Positions 63,801 through 64,000 of a DNA stretch of 64,000 nucleotides are shown here, piece by piece; position 1 is the stretch's first letter; the number at the start of each line of letters is the position of its first letter. The position numbers were made by a program, and so were the translations under genes. The DNA lies in NCBI GenBank assembly GCA_002269645.1, contig NIVC01003334.1:39669-103668 (forward strand), given 5' to 3'. Below the pieces are notes generated by a model that made no database searches, had not been told where the DNA came from, and saw only the letters and a program-made list of their open reading frames with translations. This DNA comes from Macrostomum lignano. Lineage: Eukaryota.

Positions 63801-64000
63801 TTATAATTTGAGGGGTTATTGAAAACTAAACAAAGTTTATTCTGAAACGTTTTCATACATGAACGCCTATATTGCTAAACTGAGAAGAATTCGTGTCAAA
63901 TAATAACAGCCAGCCGTAAACGCTGTGCTCTTGAAGTCCATGCTTAGGTACTGATACTCTGGTATCTTGGAATTTTCGCTGTTGCCACTGCTGCTGTCAC
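57897..64000 (-). CDS. Polycystin-1-like (PKD1L/PKDREJ family) channel-receptor, 3' half: GPS, TM1, PLAT/LH2, polycystin channel domain; contains two 1-bp indels
   Basis: Exons >64000-63859, 63774-63503 (GPS TQCFSSHMTSF + TM1), 63379-63049 (PLAT GTTAQVSFSLIG..RIWHDNAG..WYFNRL..FICNRW), 62978-62038 (GHLWLSV..SKFTRVQRATAC), 61927-61433 (LRQLR), 60772-60339 (YSGGGYV..WLDVYTRGVFVE..YNPNTNLF), 60256-60098, 59982-59727, 58849-58577 and 58048-57897 (TGA). All GT-AG. Phases are consistent apart from the indels at about 63898 and 61895. Confidence 0.9.
58255..58451. mobile_element. hAT (Charlie-like) MITE in the last PKD1L intron
   Basis: Termini CAGGGGTCAGCAAAC / TTTGCTGACCCAAG and 8-bp TSD CCTTAGAA / CCTTGGAA (7/8). 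Confidence 0.75.
59049..59325. repeat. Degenerate tandem repeat related to the 16.3-kb 20-mer array (CTCTCGGTGGGCGCCCC / CTTGGTAGGCACCCCTGTC)
   Basis: Shares the exact CTCTTGGTAGGCACCCCTGTCTCT segment with 16255-16945. Confidence 0.8.

Overview
Eukaryotic (animal, probably invertebrate) genomic DNA with GC-rich exons, AT-rich introns and many minisatellites. The style resembles a free-living flatworm such as Macrostomum, but that is inference only. Host genes with exon structures traced by hand through GT-AG sites and reading phase: TRAM1-like (partial, minus), a DEG/ENaC channel (minus), RNF141-like (minus), TAF13 (plus), a shortened CSDE1/UNR (plus), CCDC86-like (plus), a possible orphan two-exon gene (minus) and the 3' half of a polycystin-1-like (PKD1L/REJ) gene (minus) with two 1-bp indels. 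Mobile DNA: a full-length but decayed Ty3/Gypsy LTR element (30806-40278) with a 4-bp TSD, a tRNA-Leu PBS and an extra non-env ORF between pol and the 3' LTR; a 5'-truncated, frameshifted non-LTR retrotransposon; a tRNA-derived SINE with an 11-bp TSD; and many MITEs (hAT-like with 8-bp TSDs, Harbinger-like with 3-bp TSDs, and unclassified ones). The strongest leads are the Gypsy third ORF, hAT MITE shells carrying an expanding 21-bp minisatellite, the CSDE1 lacking its C-terminal cold-shock domains, and tandem repeats that abut or supply splice sites. All calls were made by eye; no searches were run.
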